In this document: piece after piece, positions 62,815 to 64,000 of the stretch
Layout: every line of letters starts with the position of its first letter
Numbering within the stretch: the first letter of the stretch is position 1
Assembly: GCA_965277715.1 (NCBI GenBank)
Contig: OZ255836.1
Span: 2,720,001 to 2,784,000, forward strand
Direction of reading: 5' to 3'
From: Gammaproteobacteria bacterium
Lineage (GTDB): Bacteria; Pseudomonadota; Gammaproteobacteria; JBCCGL01
Length of the DNA stretch: 64,000 bases
The notes under the pieces: generated by a model
The model's input: the letters and a program-made list of their open reading frames with translations, nothing else
The model's database searches: none
What the model was told of the DNA's origin: nothing
Program-made: the position numbers and the translations under genes

Positions 62815-62985
62815 TTATTTCGACATGTCTTTTTGAGGATTTCTTCTTGTAACAATATTGCTTTGCCTATGACTTTTGCATCTCTCTTTAGGGCGGCCCC
62901 CAACTTTGCCTCTTTGTAAATCAACAGTAGAACAGCCGGAAGCCCCGGAGACTGCGACAGCAATAATTCCATACTTAATTTTCAT
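62815..62985 (-). CDS. Small putative lipoprotein (56 aa), possibly a remnant
   Basis: Below the ORF cutoff. GGAGGA RBS followed by MKIKYGIIAVAVSGASGCST; stops 9 bp before the PKD gene. Confidence 0.4.
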   Translation of the reverse strand: MKIKYGIIAVAVSGASGCSTVDLQRGKVGGRPKERCKSHRQSNIVTRRNPQKDMSK

Positions 62986-63001
62986 CTATATCCTCCGATC
63001 A

Positions 63002-64000
63002 TCAGTGTTTCAAAATTCCTGGCTGTCGAGGTTTTAAATGCCTCACTAAGCTATGCATAATAGTTCTAAGGGACTTTCTTGTCATTATTGCATTTTGCAG
63101 AGAGCGGATGGTGAATGAGCATATACGGGTAATTCTAGCGTAAAAAAACAATGGATTAACAAAGCCGCCTTTTTTCTGGGCAATTTGTTGTCTCTTATCA
63201 AGCATTTTAGTGTATTTTTTATCAGATGGATGAATACATTCCAGGTTTTTTGTTTTTGATATTTCTTCAAAAATACGCATGATATTATAGGCCATAGCAG
63301 TAAAACGCATTTGACTGTTCAGCGCATTCAGGTTTGAAGACCAGGCTTTTCTTTCGGTGAAATCACTTTTACTATTGTTGAATGATTTTTCTATCGTCCA
63401 ACGCTTGTAATAGAGCATAGCAATAGTGCCTGGGTTAATTGACTCTGGTAGCGTTGAAATAAATTGATGTAATTGACCTGTTTCTGGGTCGCGGTATTTA
63501 ACAATATGAAATTGAACCTTTTTATTTTTATATACACTATAGCCTTCAACCCCTGTATTAATTTCACTACCCTGGTCATAGGGTATAGAGTTGACAAAAG
63601 TTGCAACTGCATTTTCTTTGAGTACTGAAATCATAAAATTCTGATGCTGTTTTTGCTTTTCCCACCATGCATAATCAGTCACCGCCTTATCGTATATATA
63701 GAGATGCTTTTGCCAAGTCTCTTTTTCGCCACAACGTTGTTCAATATAAGAACGTAACGCGGGTATTTCCTGGTGCCGTTCAGTACCGTTAGTCACGACA
63801 CAAAGTGGTCTTAGAAGTCCATTTCTGAGGTTCAAGGCATGAATAAAGCCTGCTGCGAAGACGTTGCCCTGACGATTTTTCTCTGTGTGACAAGCATGCT
63901 GTATAAAATGACCATCAGCTGCTTCTACTCGATATTCTTCAAGTTCAGGAAATTGTTTTAAATAATCAATGTCCAAAGAAGATAATTTCTCACTTTGCAG
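63002..64000 (-). CDS. IS4-like DDE transposase, 5' part beyond the window
   Basis: AADGH, IYDKA, YYKRWTIEKSFNNSK; probable element end CATCAGTG near 63000. Confidence 0.8.
   Translation of the reverse strand: MQSEKLSSLDIDYLKQFPELEEYRVEAADGHFIQHACHTEKNRQGNVFAAGFIHALNLRNGLLRPLCVVTNGTERHQEIPALRSYIEQRCGEKETWQKHLYIYDKAVTDYAWWEKQKQHQNFMISVLKENAVATFVNSIPYDQGSEINTGVEGYSVYKNKKVQFHIVKYRDPETGQLHQFISTLPESINPGTIAMLYYKRWTIEKSFNNSKSDFTERKAWSSNLNALNSQMRFTAMAYNIMRIFEEISKTKNLECIHPSDKKYTKMLDKRQQIAQKKGGFVNPLFFYARITRICSFTIRSLQNAIMTRKSLRTIMHSLVRHLKPRQPGILKH

Overview
Gammaproteobacterial chromosomal window in two parts. About 1-46 kb is mostly ordinary: a copper-resistance cluster, pilT/pilU, yqgF-pyrR-pyrB-pyrC', urate/allantoin catabolism, a Rieske/amidase catabolic block, a VapBC-type pair, trpS, a motAB-PilZ and c-di-GMP/two-component cluster, zapE, a molybdopterin oxidoreductase and trmL. 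About 46-64 kb is an accessory island. Its strongest signal is a short motif, GGGGTCAGGC(T/A)AGTTATTT or its inverse ending in TGACCCC. The motif brackets a RAYT-like HUH (Y1) transposase in inverted orientation and delimits cargo segments. It is followed by tandem duplications ending about 6-7 nt after TGACCCC. It is also the insertion target of three different IS4 elements, a MITE and two IS1111 (IS110-family) elements. The IS1111 right non-coding end contains a readable bridge/seek-RNA-like structure whose loops match this motif and the element's own circle junction. All product calls come from motif recognition by eye; no database searches were run.
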